A stretch of 63,877 bases of DNA, the filler included, from Octopus bimaculoides (lineage: Eukaryota): the NCBI RefSeq assembly GCF_001194135.2. It is 6 parts of 6 records of this genome, joined end to end, with 100 filler letters (N's around TTAATTAATTAA, not from the genome) between each part and the next. Parts side by side here need not be neighbours in the genome. Positions count along the whole stretch, not along the records: positions 24,868 to 54,620 come from NC_068984.1; 5 more parts are not named here. One strand, given 5' to 3'. The position numbers were made by a program, and so were the translations under genes. This document shows, piece by piece, positions 25,751 to 39,256 of this stretch; position 1 is the stretch's first letter, and each line of letters opens with the position of its first letter. Under the pieces are notes generated by a model. That model was not told the DNA's origin and searched no databases. It saw nothing but the letters and a program-made list of their open reading frames with translations.

Positions 25751-27256
25751 TTGTGTCTATGTGTTTGTTTATTCCAGGCAGGACATTCAATAGGAAGAAT
25801 CCTAGGAATGCTTTACAAAACTTTACAAAAATTAATTTAATGTGTGAATGTGTGCGTGTAACAGCATCAGCATAAGTTTATATCTGTTTTGCATGCTGAC
25901 ATAGTTAAAGTTGATTGTCATATTCTTATTAAGAGTTACTGCCCTTCTAAGTTGGATGTAGGACTATGTCATACTCATACAATTAAGTGTTGGCTTGTTT
26001 TCTTTGGTTGCATGCCTTTCCTGTTCTGAACCATTTTATTAAGAATACTGGATGCATTTTATCATGGCACCAGCACTACAGCGATTGCCTTGTCTCATGT
26101 AAAACTAGAGAATGTATGTATGTGTGCATGTGAGGTTGGGGTGTACATAGCTGACTCCCTGGCTGAATATTTATGTTTATGTGTATGCACATACACAGCT
26201 TGCCTGTAAAAAATTACTGTTATCAGTTATCCACCTTAGATCACAATGGTTTCAGCATTTTCCAACAGGATCACTTCCTCCAACAAATACTGAGCAACTT
26301 TGGTACTTCCAAAGAATACCTATGTGCCTTTGCTCTGCATTTTAGCTTGATTTTCACCCTCGCTGTTATGTATGCAGTTACAACAACAGACCAAGTACAT
26401 CTGTAGCCATGCAGTATCTATTTTAATTTACGATTTGCTGTGGATTTGTTCTTTTCTCTTAGCTTTAGTCTTTTGCCCATCCCTCTCCATTTTGTGAATC
26501 ACAGCTCTGCTGTCCTTCCCAAGCTCAAAACCCAGCAGGTAAGGAATTGTGGAACTAATCATAAACCTATGGCTTCTAACCTCTACAAGAAGCACTGTAC
26601 ACTTCTATCCTTGTGCCTCACATGACTCCTACATATTCTAGGTCCTTTGTTTAATGTACCCTCTCCCTAATTGCCACAAGGCACTGTCAGCTCAATAATT
26701 GGCACTGGTTTTTATGAAGTTAGTCTCTAACAAAAAATTAGGGCATTTCTTTGTTATTGTAATTTGAATTGGGAATAATAGTACTTCTTTCAAACCCACA
26801 TATATGTTCCAGACATTAGCAACATGAGCAAGTCTGAGTTCTGATATTTCTTTATTTACCCTCTAGTGTTGTCTTTTCTCACCCTCATTACATAAAACAA
26901 CAGGATATGCTTAGATGTCGATTTTTATTTCATTGGCACTGCTACATTGTTGTTTAATGCATTAGCAATGATACTCTAGACTTGGTTATACTAGGCATAT
27001 TCTACAAGAGATGCCTTGTAAGCTGTTAAAACATTCTCCAGTAATGCATAATGTCCAAACAGATAACAGTCAGCTGCCATTTTAGCTCCATCGTTATACA
27101 CAATAATAAGGATCGGTGGTTTTACTCTGTTGCTTTGTTTTAGTAACAAGCATCATGAGTGAGGGATAAAATGCTGTGAGAGTCATCCAGTCTATGTTGG
27201 CATGGAAAAAGCAGATTTAAAGCTATAAAGATGTATATACATGATGATGTTTTATG

Positions 27257-27505
27257 AAGGCACATAGCCTTGTGGTTAGGGTCTTGCACTCTCAATTTCT
27301 ACACCGTGGGTTTGATTCTCAGACCAGGCAGCATGTTGTGTTCTTGGGTAAAACACTTCATTTCATGTTGCTCCATTTCCCCTTTCGATCAAGGGGAAAA
27401 TGTTGTCCTGCTCACCTACCTAGTGGGGTGGTGTCATTCAAAGGTTAAAACAATGCAAAGTAGGCATTGTGACCAGTAGTGCATAACATCTGATAGTCAG
27501 GTCAA
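27257..27505 (+). mobile_element. SINE, M-type head and core
   Basis: AAGGCACATAGCCTTGTGGTTAGGG head and GTGTTCTTGGGTAAAACACTTCATTTCATGTTGCTCC core. Confidence 0.65.
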
Positions 27506-27804
27506 CCTTGTGATCATCACATGATCACGTGATGATATTTTCCTTTATTATTATTTAGTTTATTATTATAGTTACCTAAGCCATAATAAATTGGTTGTCT
27601 ACATGGACTCCTGTATGTTAACAAACTAGTTCTCATTGCCACACCTGTTATAAAGTTAGAAGGAAAATTTCTGACACAGAAGGAAGGAATTGAGAGACTT
27701 AGGAGTTAATTTAGTATAGTTTTAGCTAGTAGAAAAGCAAACATCAATAACTAGGAAGTGACAATGATCAGTACGAAGAAAGGGAGTAAGTAGAATGTCT
27801 AAAC

Positions 27805-28010
27805 CATGACACGAATGCTCACAGTTGGTGCACAAATGGTGCAGTGGAATCTCTGAAAGAATATGAGATGCTGTTAGAAGTAGTTGATAGCATCTGTAAC
27901 CTCATCAACAGTGGAGGTGGGTGTTATGAAAGATTTTCCTGTCCCATTCTTATTCTGGTTACTAGCCAGAATAAGAATGGGGCAGGAAAAGTTCAGGGAT
28001 ATATTAATCC
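27805..28010 (+). mobile_element. Old RTE LINE coding remnant
   Basis: QLVHKWCSGI, LEVVDSICNLINSGGGCYE and ARIRMG(Q)EKFRD parallel the 14550-14800 copy. Confidence 0.7.
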
Positions 28011-28320
28011 TTTTCACAATAAAGGGCAGACTGTATGATGCTTGTGCATAACATGTAATATTGGTTTCAAATTTTAGTACAAGGCCAGGAAGGTCAGGGG
28101 AGTGGGTAAGTCAATTACATTGAGCCCATTGCTCAACTGGTACTTAGTTTCTAGACTCTTAAAGGATAAAAAGCAAAGTCAACCTCAGCAGAATTTGAAC
28201 ACAGAACGTAAAGAGATATGAAATGCTACTAAGCATTTTGCCAGCTTGCTGCCTTTATAACATATAATATTGCACGAGAGTGAAAGATGGGCATTGTATG
28301 TGGTGGAACTATCATTTATA

Positions 28321-28780
28321 GCTGCGTTTCCCAAACAGGATTCCTTAGAATCCTAGTGTCTTGTGAGAAGTCATTAGGGGGCGTGAGTCATTTTTAGATG
28401 TAAAGTCTATATTCACAATTTCATTTTACATGCACAGCATATTTGAAATACTACCATTTGTCCCATTGAGGAAAGGAGCTTATGACAGGAACTGTCAGAG
28501 AATTTCGTCTAAAGAAGGTCTTGGTTAAATCAAAATTTCTAAAAACCTCCTTTGTGGCATCTTATGGATTTTAGTTCTGGTAAACCTTTCAAAGATAGTT
28601 TTATGATTAGTTTAATCTTTTTATGAAATCTAGCAGTAGGAAAGAGAAAGAAAAGGAATTGAAAAGTTATATGATAATTTTTACGTAGGTTTCTAGCAGA
28701 CATGGAATGTATTTCAATGGGTCAAAAAAAAAAAAAGNNNNNNNNNNGGTCAAAAAAAAAAAAAAGGTTGGAAATACTGG
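28321..28780. mobile_element. Probable hAT-type MITE
   Basis: Ends CTGCGTTTCCCAAAC ... AGGTTGGAAATACTG resemble CAG(T/C)GTTTCCCAA(A/C)C TIRs. The flanks ATTTATAG / GTTTTATAG are similar. Confidence 0.45.
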
Positions 28781-29836
28781 TTTTATAGATTGGTTTACAA
28801 GTATTGTTTTCCACAGAACACTATTAATGTAAAACAGTCAAGCGAGGTGTAAGGGGAATAACTACTGTTATCTTTAATGTTGAAATTTCATTCCACGCTT
28901 AGGAATAACCTGATTCTCACTCAGCCACAAATAATTGTATTATCTGCATCCATGAGCCAACGACTAGCCAGGAACAACAGTCAAAATCTCCTTCATAAAA
29001 CGCGCGCACGCAAACGCACACACACACACACACACACACACATTGGGAGGTGGTGTGGCATATATACACATGACAAGCATTTCATGTGTACATTATATAT
29101 ACATTTATATACACGTCCAAATATATATATATATAAATACTTACATACATATACATATATATATATATATATTATATGATACACATATATTCCATACTTG
29201 CATACATTACTTGCGCATCAGTATATACTTTTCTTTATATTTCCGAATGATTCAAAAGATGAAGGAGAGTGCTTATAACCTTTGTGGTTTATTATCATCA
29301 TCATCATCATCATCGCCATCACCACCACAACTACCACCATCATCATCATCAACATAACATCCACTTTTCCATACATGCGTAGATCAGATGGAATTTGTTT
29401 TGGCAGATTTTTCTACAGCCAGACTAGATTCCCTTCATGCCATCAGTCCTCACCTATTTTCAAGCAAGGTAACATTTTGCCCCATGATTGGACTTATTTT
29501 CGCAGAAAATTGGAAATAAACAACACCACTTATATGATGGTGACACTCATTTACAACTATGACACAATGTCAAGATGAGGAGACTCAAACACACAAAGAG
29601 GCAGGCAGGTAGGCAGAGAGACAGAGAGTTATATGATGGGCTTCTTTCAGTTTCCATCTACCAAATCCAATCACAAGCTCACATGACTTTGCCCAACACA
29701 CTTGCCAAAAGTGCCATGCTGTGGGACTGAACCCGAAGCCATGTGGTTGGGAAGTAAACAGCCTGCACCCATATTTTATTATAGCTATGTTCAGTTTGAA
29801 TATCTGTAGGGTTGTGTGTTTGTAAGAAAGGTATGT

Positions 29837-30212
29837 GAAGACATGTGGTTTAATGGTCAGGGTATTTGGCTAATGATTATATGGTCATGAGTTCAATATA
29901 TGGTAGCACATTATATCCTTGAGCAAGTCACTTTACTTCACATTGCGCCAGTCTACTCAGCTGGCATAAATGAGAAGTACGTATATGTCAAGGGGCTAGC
30001 CTTGTCACATTCTGTGTCACGCTGAATCTCCCTTAGAACTACATTAAGAGTACGCGTGTCTGTGGAGTGCTCAGCCACTTGCACATTAATTTTACAAGCA
30101 GGCTGTTCCATTGATTGGATCAACTGGAACCCTCATCGCCATAACTGAAGGAGTGCNNNNNNNNNNTGATTGGATCAACTGGAACCCTCATCGCCATAAC
30201 TGAAGGAGTGCC
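29837..30212 (+). mobile_element. SINE family M, full length (last 45 bp duplicated across a 10-N gap)
   Basis: Matches 14812-15118. A SINE A 5' half lies just upstream at about 29620-29770 (-). Confidence 0.85.
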
Positions 30213-30944
30213 AAGTTGTTTTTTTTTTTTTTAAATATATAGGGTAGGGGACAACAGTTCTAAGGAGGAAAAATTAGTCAAGTGTTTTGTGTGAAGTCTG
30301 GATGTTGAGATATAGTAAGGATGACAAGAAGAGAATATATAAGTATATCACATTGGTTTTGTGTGAAGAGGGTATATTAACTAGCTAGTTCTGAGGAACA
30401 GAGGCCATTTTAGTAGTGGTAGAAGTAACAATGAGAGAAGCCTGTGTATTTGTGAAACTGTGATCGAAGAGTGTTGGAGTGACATAGCATTGGCAATCAT
30501 TTCGATGGTCTTCAGCATGGTATGGTCTAAGTTATTTGTACATGTGACAAACAGTAACACCATCCAACAGTACAAACAGTAACATGACCAACACAACCAT
30601 TAAAACTTTCATATAAACTGTTTTTCTTTCTCTCTTTGTTTCATCCTATATACTCTGCATGTACCTTTAGCTATTGTTACCATCTTTGTTTGTAGGGTCG
30701 AGGGTGCTGGTACCATATGAAAACTACCTGTGCCAGTGCCACATGAAAGCACCTGTGCCAGTGCTGCGTAGAATCACCCAAGACACTGTGTAAAGTGGTT
30801 GGCATTAGGAAGCCCATCCAGTCATAGAAACCATGCTAAAACAGACATGGAACCCAGGAAGCTCTTCAGCTGGGCAGTTCCGGTCAAACTGTCCAACCAA
30901 TGCCAGCATGGAAAATGAATGCTAAATGATGATGACAATGATTA

Positions 30945-31152
30945 GACAAGCTAGCAGAAGTGTTAGCATGCTAGGAAAGATGCTTAGTGGCATTTCGCCC
31001 ATCTTTATATTCTCAGTTCAAATTCCACCGAGGTCGACTTTGCCTTTCATCCTTTTGGGGTTGATAAATTAAGCACCAGTTGAACACTGGGGTTGATGTA
31101 ATCAACTCATCCCCTCCCCCAAAATTGCTGCCCTTGTAGCAAAATTTGAAAC

Positions 31153-31206
<54 letters not shown>

Positions 31207-32649
31207 GGCAGAATCATTAGTAGGCCAGACAAAATGCTTAGTGATGCTTTGTCCATCTTGATGTTCTGAGTTCAAATCCCACTAAAGTTGACTATGTCCT
31301 TTCGGTGTCAATAAAAGAAGTACCAATTGATCATTAAGTCAGTGTAGTCCCCACAAAATTTCAGACATTATGCCTATAGTAAATAATAATAATAATAATA
31401 ATAATAATGGTTTCAAATTTTGGCACAAGGCCAAAAATTTCAGGTGAAGGAGTAAGTTGATTATATCGACCCCTGTGTTCAACTGATACTTATTTTATTA
31501 TTGGGCAAGAGAGCAGTAAATGCCATCAGAGTAAAAATATATGAAGCCCAATATCCCCATCATGACTACCAATTTGATAAGAGTATACCAGGTACATCAC
31601 AATCATATGCACGCAACATGGTGATCTCATATCAAGATAAACAGTGCATGACCTTGCAGGTGGGGCCCAGTTAGGATTTTCTTCAGGTTGAGTAGCCTAT
31701 CCCACTCTAAACGTCCCTGGGTAAGGGTTGTTTAAGGATGATGAATGAAATACCCATGTTTTCCAGAGGTGAATTATTCAAATGACAAAGAATTCCTCTC
31801 GACATATGGCTATGATGCACCCCCACTACTTCTGTTCATGATCAGAAATGCATACATCGTCAGCCACTAAGGGACATACTCAACTAGTTAAGATCAAACA
31901 ACTGACAAGCAAATTTGTAGTAGTGAGCAGAATATTTGCTGTAACCCATATTATTATTATTATTGTTAAGGTGGTGAGCTGACAGAATCGCAAGCATGCC
32001 AGGCGAAATGCTTAGCGGTATTTTGTCTGCCATTACGTTCTGAGTTCAAATTCCACCAAGGTCGCCTTTGCTTTTCATCCTTTCAGGGTCGATAAATTAA
32101 GTACCAGTTATGCACTGGGGTTGATGTAATTGACTTAATCCCTTTGTCTGTCCTTGTTTGTCCCCTCTGTATTTAGCCCCTTGTGGGCAATAAAGAAATA
32201 AGAATCTTTAGCATGCCAGGCAAAATGTTTAGCAGCATTTCATCTGTCCTCATGTTCTGAGTTCAAATTCCACCAAGGTCAACTTAACCATTCGTCCTTT
32301 CGGGGCCGATAAAATAAGCACCAGTGAACACTGAGGTCGATGTAATCAATTAGTCCCCTCCCAGCAAATTTCAGGCCTTCTGCTTGTTGTAGAAAGGATT
32401 ATTATTGTTGTTGTTGTTGTTATTATTATTATCATTAAGGCAGCAAGCTGGCAAAATTGTTAGCATGCTGGACGAAATGCTTAGTGGTGTTTCACCTGTC
32501 ACTACATTCTGAGTTCAAATTCCACTGAGGTCGGCTTTGCCTTTCATCCTTTCAGGGTCGATAAATTAAGTACCAGTGAAAAACTGTTGGTCAATGTAAT
32601 CGTCTCATTCCCTCCTGCAAAAGGCTGCCCTTGTGGCAAAATTTGAAAC

Positions 32650-32700
<51 letters not shown>
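30945..32700 (+). mobile_element. Tandem array of about 5 head-to-tail SINE B copies separated by (ATT)n, plus one inverted partial copy and an unrelated 400-bp repeat-like segment (31500-31925)
   Basis: Heads at about 30945, 31205, 31968, 32205 and 32437; most follow an (ATT)n tract. Confidence 0.85.
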
Positions 32701-33523
32701 CAGCTCTCACGTGATCACCTTCAAACCACCCTGTTACACCACTCTATGTTTAACTTGATAGTGAAGATTATCAGTAAGACACAAAATGTTAAATTCAGAT
32801 AGACGTTAATGAAACATGATTTATCATTGATAATGTCTTCTGTCCTGATTAACCTAAAGATATCATCATTTCTACTTTTTCTTTTCTTTTTCTTTTCAAC
32901 AGCACTTCTCATAAGATGAAGACTATCTCACATTATAGTCTATGATACATCTTCTGAGATTTATACACACTTTATGATCTTATGAGTTACTACACATCCT
33001 ATGACCTATCACACATCATGTGATTTGTCACATTGTATGATCTATTACATATTTTATAATTTTCAAATTTTATCTGAAGAGAAATGTGAAACTCATATGA
33101 AGTTTTTGCTACAATAAATACATTACAATACTCTAATTCCAGTATTGAGTACTCTCTTTCTTCTCCTTGTTTATTCATATATGTTTACACACACAGACAT
33201 ATACATATGCATTGAAACATCATATTTTTATTCCTATTTTTTCATCAAAGCTTTCACCAAGCGGCAATCTAATATATTCGCTGTGTACATCCAGTTGACT
33301 TTTATAGTTTATTCATTTTTTTCCTTCTTGTTCTTGAATTTGCCTCTCATATATATATATATATATACACTTTTACTCTATAACATTTTTGCTTCTTTAG
33401 GCATCAATCTAATAATATTAACTGCAAACGTCCTTGGATTTTTGCTGACATGTATTCGCTTTGTTCTCTCTCTCTCTCTTTCTATCTATCTATGTGTGTG
33501 TGTGTATGTATACATGTGTGTGC

Positions 33524-33562
<39 letters not shown>

Positions 33563-35197
33563 TATGTCTGTCTGTCTGTCCCTGTATATACGTATGTATG
33601 TAATTTTATGCATGCATATATATCCTCATCATTATTTTGCATCTACTCTTAATGCTGGCAAGTTCAACCTCATTTGAATTTATTGACCCATGTGTTTTAT
33701 TTTGTTGTGGTTTCCATAACCAGATGCATCAAATACACAGAGTGTATTTGATACATCTTAATGTGGCACCAGCATTAGAGATGGTATCATGTTCTTGACA
33801 ATGCAGAACTGTTAGACCTTTTAGCACTACATTGTCTTCACTTCTCTGTTAATCACTTTACAGATTGTACTGAGTACATTTTATCAAAGCATACCAGCAT
33901 ATCTGCAAGACAAAAGCTGTTTTCATCACAGATACATTGTTTCCATCTAATTGTTGCAATGTAACCAATAGAGCTTTTGGGTGAGAGGATGACTGTAAAA
34001 GGTGAACTAAAGGAGGAGGGAGAAAGAAGTAAGTTAGGGAGACAAAGAGGATAGGTACAAGATTATGCTTGAGGTATATTTGAACCCACAAGAAAGGCAT
34101 TCACTGTGTTTGTGGTGAACATATTGCGATTTAAACAGATGGTTCAAATACACCAAAATGAGCTCGCAGTGTCACCTACCCAGACTGTGAGATGCAAGCA
34201 TTTCAGAGAGGTTATCTTCTCTTCAGTCACAGAAACCAGACAAGATGTGCTGTGAGTGATAAGAGAGACTGTCTCTCTTATGATGTTCCCATCATCATAC
34301 AATGACTGGTAGCACTAATCAGCTGCACACCGTAAACAAATTACAGGGTGGCAGTTCTAAGCAGTGATGTGTATAAATGCAAGATTACTACCAGTTCAAA
34401 TCTACTTAGGACATATTCAAACCTGGAAGAAAGACATTCACCGTGTTTTGTCATGGAGAACATTTCTTGCTGTAGGATAGGGTGACAGAATAGATAGGGT
34501 GATGAAAGGAGAAATGGGTGAGGATTTGTTAGGAGAGAGGCAGTTATGGTGGGGAAACAGTTATAGCAGGGTGCAATGGAGAAGACATTGATTGCAGAGG
34601 ATAGTGGGTGGGAGAGTAAGAGAAAGAGAGAGAGGAGGAGAGAGAGCAAGTGATTGATAGTTACAAAAATCGTGGGTGGTAAGAAAGTGCAGTTGATGTC
34701 GATAATGAATGATCTATAGAAGTAGTGGTCGCTAACAGCAAGAAGAGACATTCCAGTGGTAGCTTACTGGTGGTAGAAGAGAGAGAGAGAGAGGTGGGGA
34801 GAGAAGAGGTTATCAGAAATTATTGGATTTGATGCAATCCTTTGATATGTCAGCTTTGTGATGAAAGAGAGAGACATTAAGGCAGCTACATGTACACATG
34901 ATTTATATATATATAATTTATATATATATNNNNNNNNNNNNNNNNNNNNNNNNNNNNNNNNNNNNNNNNNNNNNNNNNNNNNNNNNNNNNNNNNNNNNNN
35001 NNNNNNNNNNNNNNNNNNNNNNNNNNNNNNNNNNNNNNNNNNNNNNNNNNNNNNNNNNNNNNNNNNNNNNNNNNNNNNNNNNNNNNNNNNNNNNNNNNNN
35101 NNNNNNNNNNNNNNNNNNNNNNNNNNNNNNNNNNNNNNNNNNNNNNNNNNNNNNNNNNNNNNNNNNNNNNNNNNNNNNNNNNNNNNNNNNNNNNNNN

Positions 35198-35236
<39 letters not shown>

Positions 35237-35434
35237 GTAAGTATACATATATATATATGTATGTATGTAAGTATGCATATATATGTATGTATATATGTAT
35301 ACATATATATATATGTATGCTTGTATATATACATATATATATGTGTGTGTGTGTATATATGTATATATATTTCGTTTTGGGATTCGGTTTGCAAGATTCT
35401 TTATGTGAGTTCATGTGTTGAAGCATATTCTGCT

Positions 35435-35693
35435 GTCTGGAGAGAGTCATTCTCTTTTAGTGCCTTATAATTCAACACACTCACCGGTAAAATTTCCACT
35501 TATTTATTTTTTATTTTTCTAAAATTTTCATTGCATCTTGCAACCTTTTCAATAGTTTTTCAAGAGTCAAAACGATTGAAAAGTTTGCAAGACGCAACGA
35601 AAATGTTAAAAAAATAAAAAAGAAATAAGTGAAAATTTTACTGGTGAGTGTGTTAAATTATAAGGCACTAAAAGAGAATGACTCTCCCCAGAC
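35435..35693. mobile_element. Foldback MITE, about 120-bp arms, about 9-nt loop
   Basis: GTCTGGAGAGAGTCATTCTCTTTTAGTGCCTTATAATT... versus ...AATTATAAGGCACTAAAAGAGAATGACTCTCCCCAGAC. Complementarity continues to the centre at about 35564. Confidence 0.9.
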
Positions 35694-35849
35694 ACAACAG
35701 AAAACGTATATATATATATACACACACACACACCACACAGAAATGCATATCTATGTGTTTGTCCAGCAGCTGCAAATTAGAGAAAAATTACATGTGTGCG
35801 TGTGTGTGTGTGCACGTGCATAATATGTCTATGTATTTACAGATATATA

Positions 35850-36075
35850 TTTCAAATCATTATCATCAACTTTAGACCTACTTTTCATGATGGTATGGGT
35901 TAGACAGGAGAGGCTTGTTTCAATGCAGCATCTTTTCATTTGTGTTCAACCCTTCCTCATTCCCTTTGTGGGTCCAGCATCCTGAAGTCAACCCTCACCC
36001 CTTTTTTCCACCAAGTTTTCTTGAGTTTTCCTCTTCCTTGTTCTCCTAATGATATTGTCTAACATTTCTTTCACA
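35850..36075 (-). mobile_element. Old RTE C-terminus and tail remnant
   Basis: GEQGRGKLKKTW resembles GRGRPRKTW. The tail CTAACCCATACCATCATGAAAAGTAGGTCTAAAGTTGATGATAATGA resembles the RTE tail. Confidence 0.5.
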
Positions 36076-36084
36076 AAACTACTA

Positions 36085-36750
36085 TTCTTTATATGGTACC
36101 ATGTAAAAACCTCCCATGCCAGTGCCATATAATGGCACCTGTGCCTGCCAGTGCCACGTAAAAGGCACCCAGCACACAATGCTAAGTGGTTGGTATCAGA
36201 AACCAAGCCAAATCAGACTGGAACTTGGTGTAGACCTCTTGGTTGCCAGACCATTCAACCTATGTCAGCATGAAAAATAGACATTAAATAATAATAATAA
36301 TAATAATAATGGTTTCAAATTTTGCCATAAGGGCAGTAATTTGGCAGGAGAGGACTAATTGATTACATCAACTCCAGTGTTCAACTGGTACTTATTTTAT
36401 CGACCCCAAAATGATGAAAGGCAAAGTCGACCATGGCGAAATTTGAACTTAGAACATAGTGTCAGGCAAAATACCGCTAAACATTTCATCCAACATGCTA
36501 ATGATTCCGCCAGCTTTCTGCCTTAATAATAATAATAATGATAATGATGATAATAATAATAATAATAATANNNNNNNNNNTAATAATAATAATAATAATA
36601 ATAATAATCATCTTCTTTACTATGGGCACAAAGTCAGAAATTTTGGGGGTGGGAGTCAGTTGATTACATCGGCCCCAGTGTTCAACTGCTACTTATTTTA
36701 CTGACACTGAAAGGATGAACGGCAAAGTCAACCCTGGTGGCATTTGAACC
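36085..36750. mobile_element. RTE 3' tail (+, 36085-36290) followed by two SINE B copies (-) with (AAT)n
   Basis: Shared family motifs and (AAT)n spacers. Confidence 0.75.
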
Positions 36751-39144
36751 ATCATCATCATGTCTATAGCATCTCTCTTGTACATTACAGCTGGAACCTC
36801 TAACACCCAGTTTTTCTCTCTCCACATTTGTATTCTATCATTCATCCAGTGAAGCATGCTCACCATCATGCATTGTGTTCTCACCATCATGCAGTATCAC
36901 ACTGTAGACACAAACATCACACGGTTTGTCTATCAACCAAAGAAAAATACTTTAATTATTAACAGAACTAATGGATCCCTGAATTTTTTTCCCCTACTCC
37001 ATTCTTATTCTAAGTATTATGATTGGGTTCACAATAAAGAGTTTTTATCTACTCCAGTTCCACATATCAAGCATGGATTTTTCCCAGTTATGAGCAGAGT
37101 TCTGTTTTCTTTTCTCAAAACTAAGAAATTTTGTCTTCACTAAATTGACCATTAGGCTTTTCAATTTTAGGTCCTATTTCCAGGTTCAGAACTTTCTCTC
37201 AATTCTTTGACTTATTTGACTAAGGTATGTGTTTCTCAAACATTCATTGCCTACAGACCCTTTTGATTCCTATTTTGCTTCAAAGGTTCCCCATAGTCAT
37301 TCAATGTTTAAAAAGAATAGCCTATTATATTTTTATCATTAAATATTATTAGGAATTGAACGAAAAAATTGTTAAAATATTTTGTGTATGGTAGAAGTAT
37401 AAGCAATTAATCGCACATAAATTGTAACTGTAAAATCTTATATGGACCCCAGTAGAGGACCACTGGACTACATCATCACGATACAGGAGTTCTCACAGAC
37501 AGCCAGTCTTAAACTTTCTTGTTATGGCCAGGAGGGCTATACTAAACAGAAAGGAACTGAGAACTGGATCTTTATGGACACCCAAATGTTAGATTCTTCC
37601 CTGAACTCATTGGTTGTCTCTCACTTTGCCTATAGTGTCTTTGTGTATGGCTCATAAGTCATTCTTCTACTCCCAGTTTTTATAGCAACCTACAGACTAT
37701 AGTGTGAGGTACCTTGTCAAAGATTTTCTCCTGATCAGGAAATGATTAGTTCTTAGTTAAGAAATTTTCTTATAGTTATCTCATTAAGAAAAGTGCTTTG
37801 GTGGTTCCTTATCTATGCACAAACCCAAACATCATTTTATCATAGCTAGTTCTCTCCCTCTGTGTGGTTAGTCATCTTGCTAAAAATATCAGCCAAATCT
37901 CCCTCAAATCATAGCTTATTATCTTCAATAAGGAAAATACATATTGGATAATGTAATCATTCTTTTGTTGTTCCAAGAAAAATTATGCGAGGCTCCTGGT
38001 GAGCTCCTTAACATCTCTCATGTGTTTGTCATGGAATTTTTATAAAAGAAACTTAGGCAGTATTTCCTTTGCCTTCATCCAGGTATTGTTTACAGGATAG
38101 TATCTTGTCTGCTGAATTCCTCTTACATGTCTGTGTACTTGTAATGAAAAACTCCAGAACAAACACCATGAAGCTTTGTACTGTGATCTAACTATTCTAC
38201 AAATCTCTGTCGCCATCCAATTCCATTATTATGAGTCTTAATTGGAAGCTTGAGCTGTAGGAAATCTTTGATAATAGCTGATTATACAACAAGGGACACT
38301 AACATTATGGATGCAATGCAGTTACTCTCTTGATGGAACTTGATGATCCTAACAGTTGATCTTCTGGGACTCCTCTGTTCACCATCAATATAAGAAGCAC
38401 TGTTGGCTCAGTGGAGTTCTTCCTCTACCTCTTCACAATCTGCCATGCTGCAGTCCAATGATTTCACTGTAGCCCTATCAAGGAGGCTGAACTGGCACTA
38501 TGCCTTGCCAAAGGGCAGCCCATAACTATGCAAGGCATGGTCATTACTCTGTGAGGTATTTTCAAAATACCTGTATACCCTTAGTTCTCCTTATCATTCC
38601 TAAAAGAAGATGGCATGATCATCGCTAGAGTATCTTCAGTCATAGATAAATCAGTTCATTCACTATTGATAGGGGTGTTCCAAAAATGGGATCAAATATA
38701 TTTATGGATCACACCTAGTGGAGGGGTTCAGCTGGGCATACTGGGTGCCACAGATGTGTTAAATTAGAGCTGGTCTGGAGCTACCCAGAACAACAACAAC
38801 ACTATTAAATATGAGCATCAACCACATTGATTTAATGAGTCTGGGAGAGTCTTGAAATGTCACAGGTGCTCATTATCTCTCCTACAACTAATTAATTGTT
38901 TCTTTAATCATTGTTGGTGGAGAAGAGGAAGTAGAAAGAGAACAAATCTCCATTATCATCAATTCAGAGACGAAAAACAAAACAAAAATGATTTTTCAAA
39001 ATCTTTAAATGGAATATTTCATCTTTATTATTTGTGAAATATTTTAACACTCCCATCTCCCATCACCGCAACAAAAATAAAATAAAATAAAATAAATAAA
39101 TAACCACAAAAGAAATAATACTCAAAATCATAAGACCTTAGCAC

Positions 39145-39161
39145 TAATAATAATAATAATG

Positions 39162-39232
<71 letters not shown>

Positions 39233-39256
39233 TATTATTATTATTATTATTATTAT
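39145..39256. repeat. (AAT)n immediately followed by (ATT)n
   Basis: Read directly; the strand switch is at about 39231. Confidence 0.95.

Noticed and set aside
28438-28528. Candidate exon IFEILPFVPLRKGAYDRNCQRISSKEGLG*
   Set aside because: It lies inside a probable hAT MITE and has no recognisable product.
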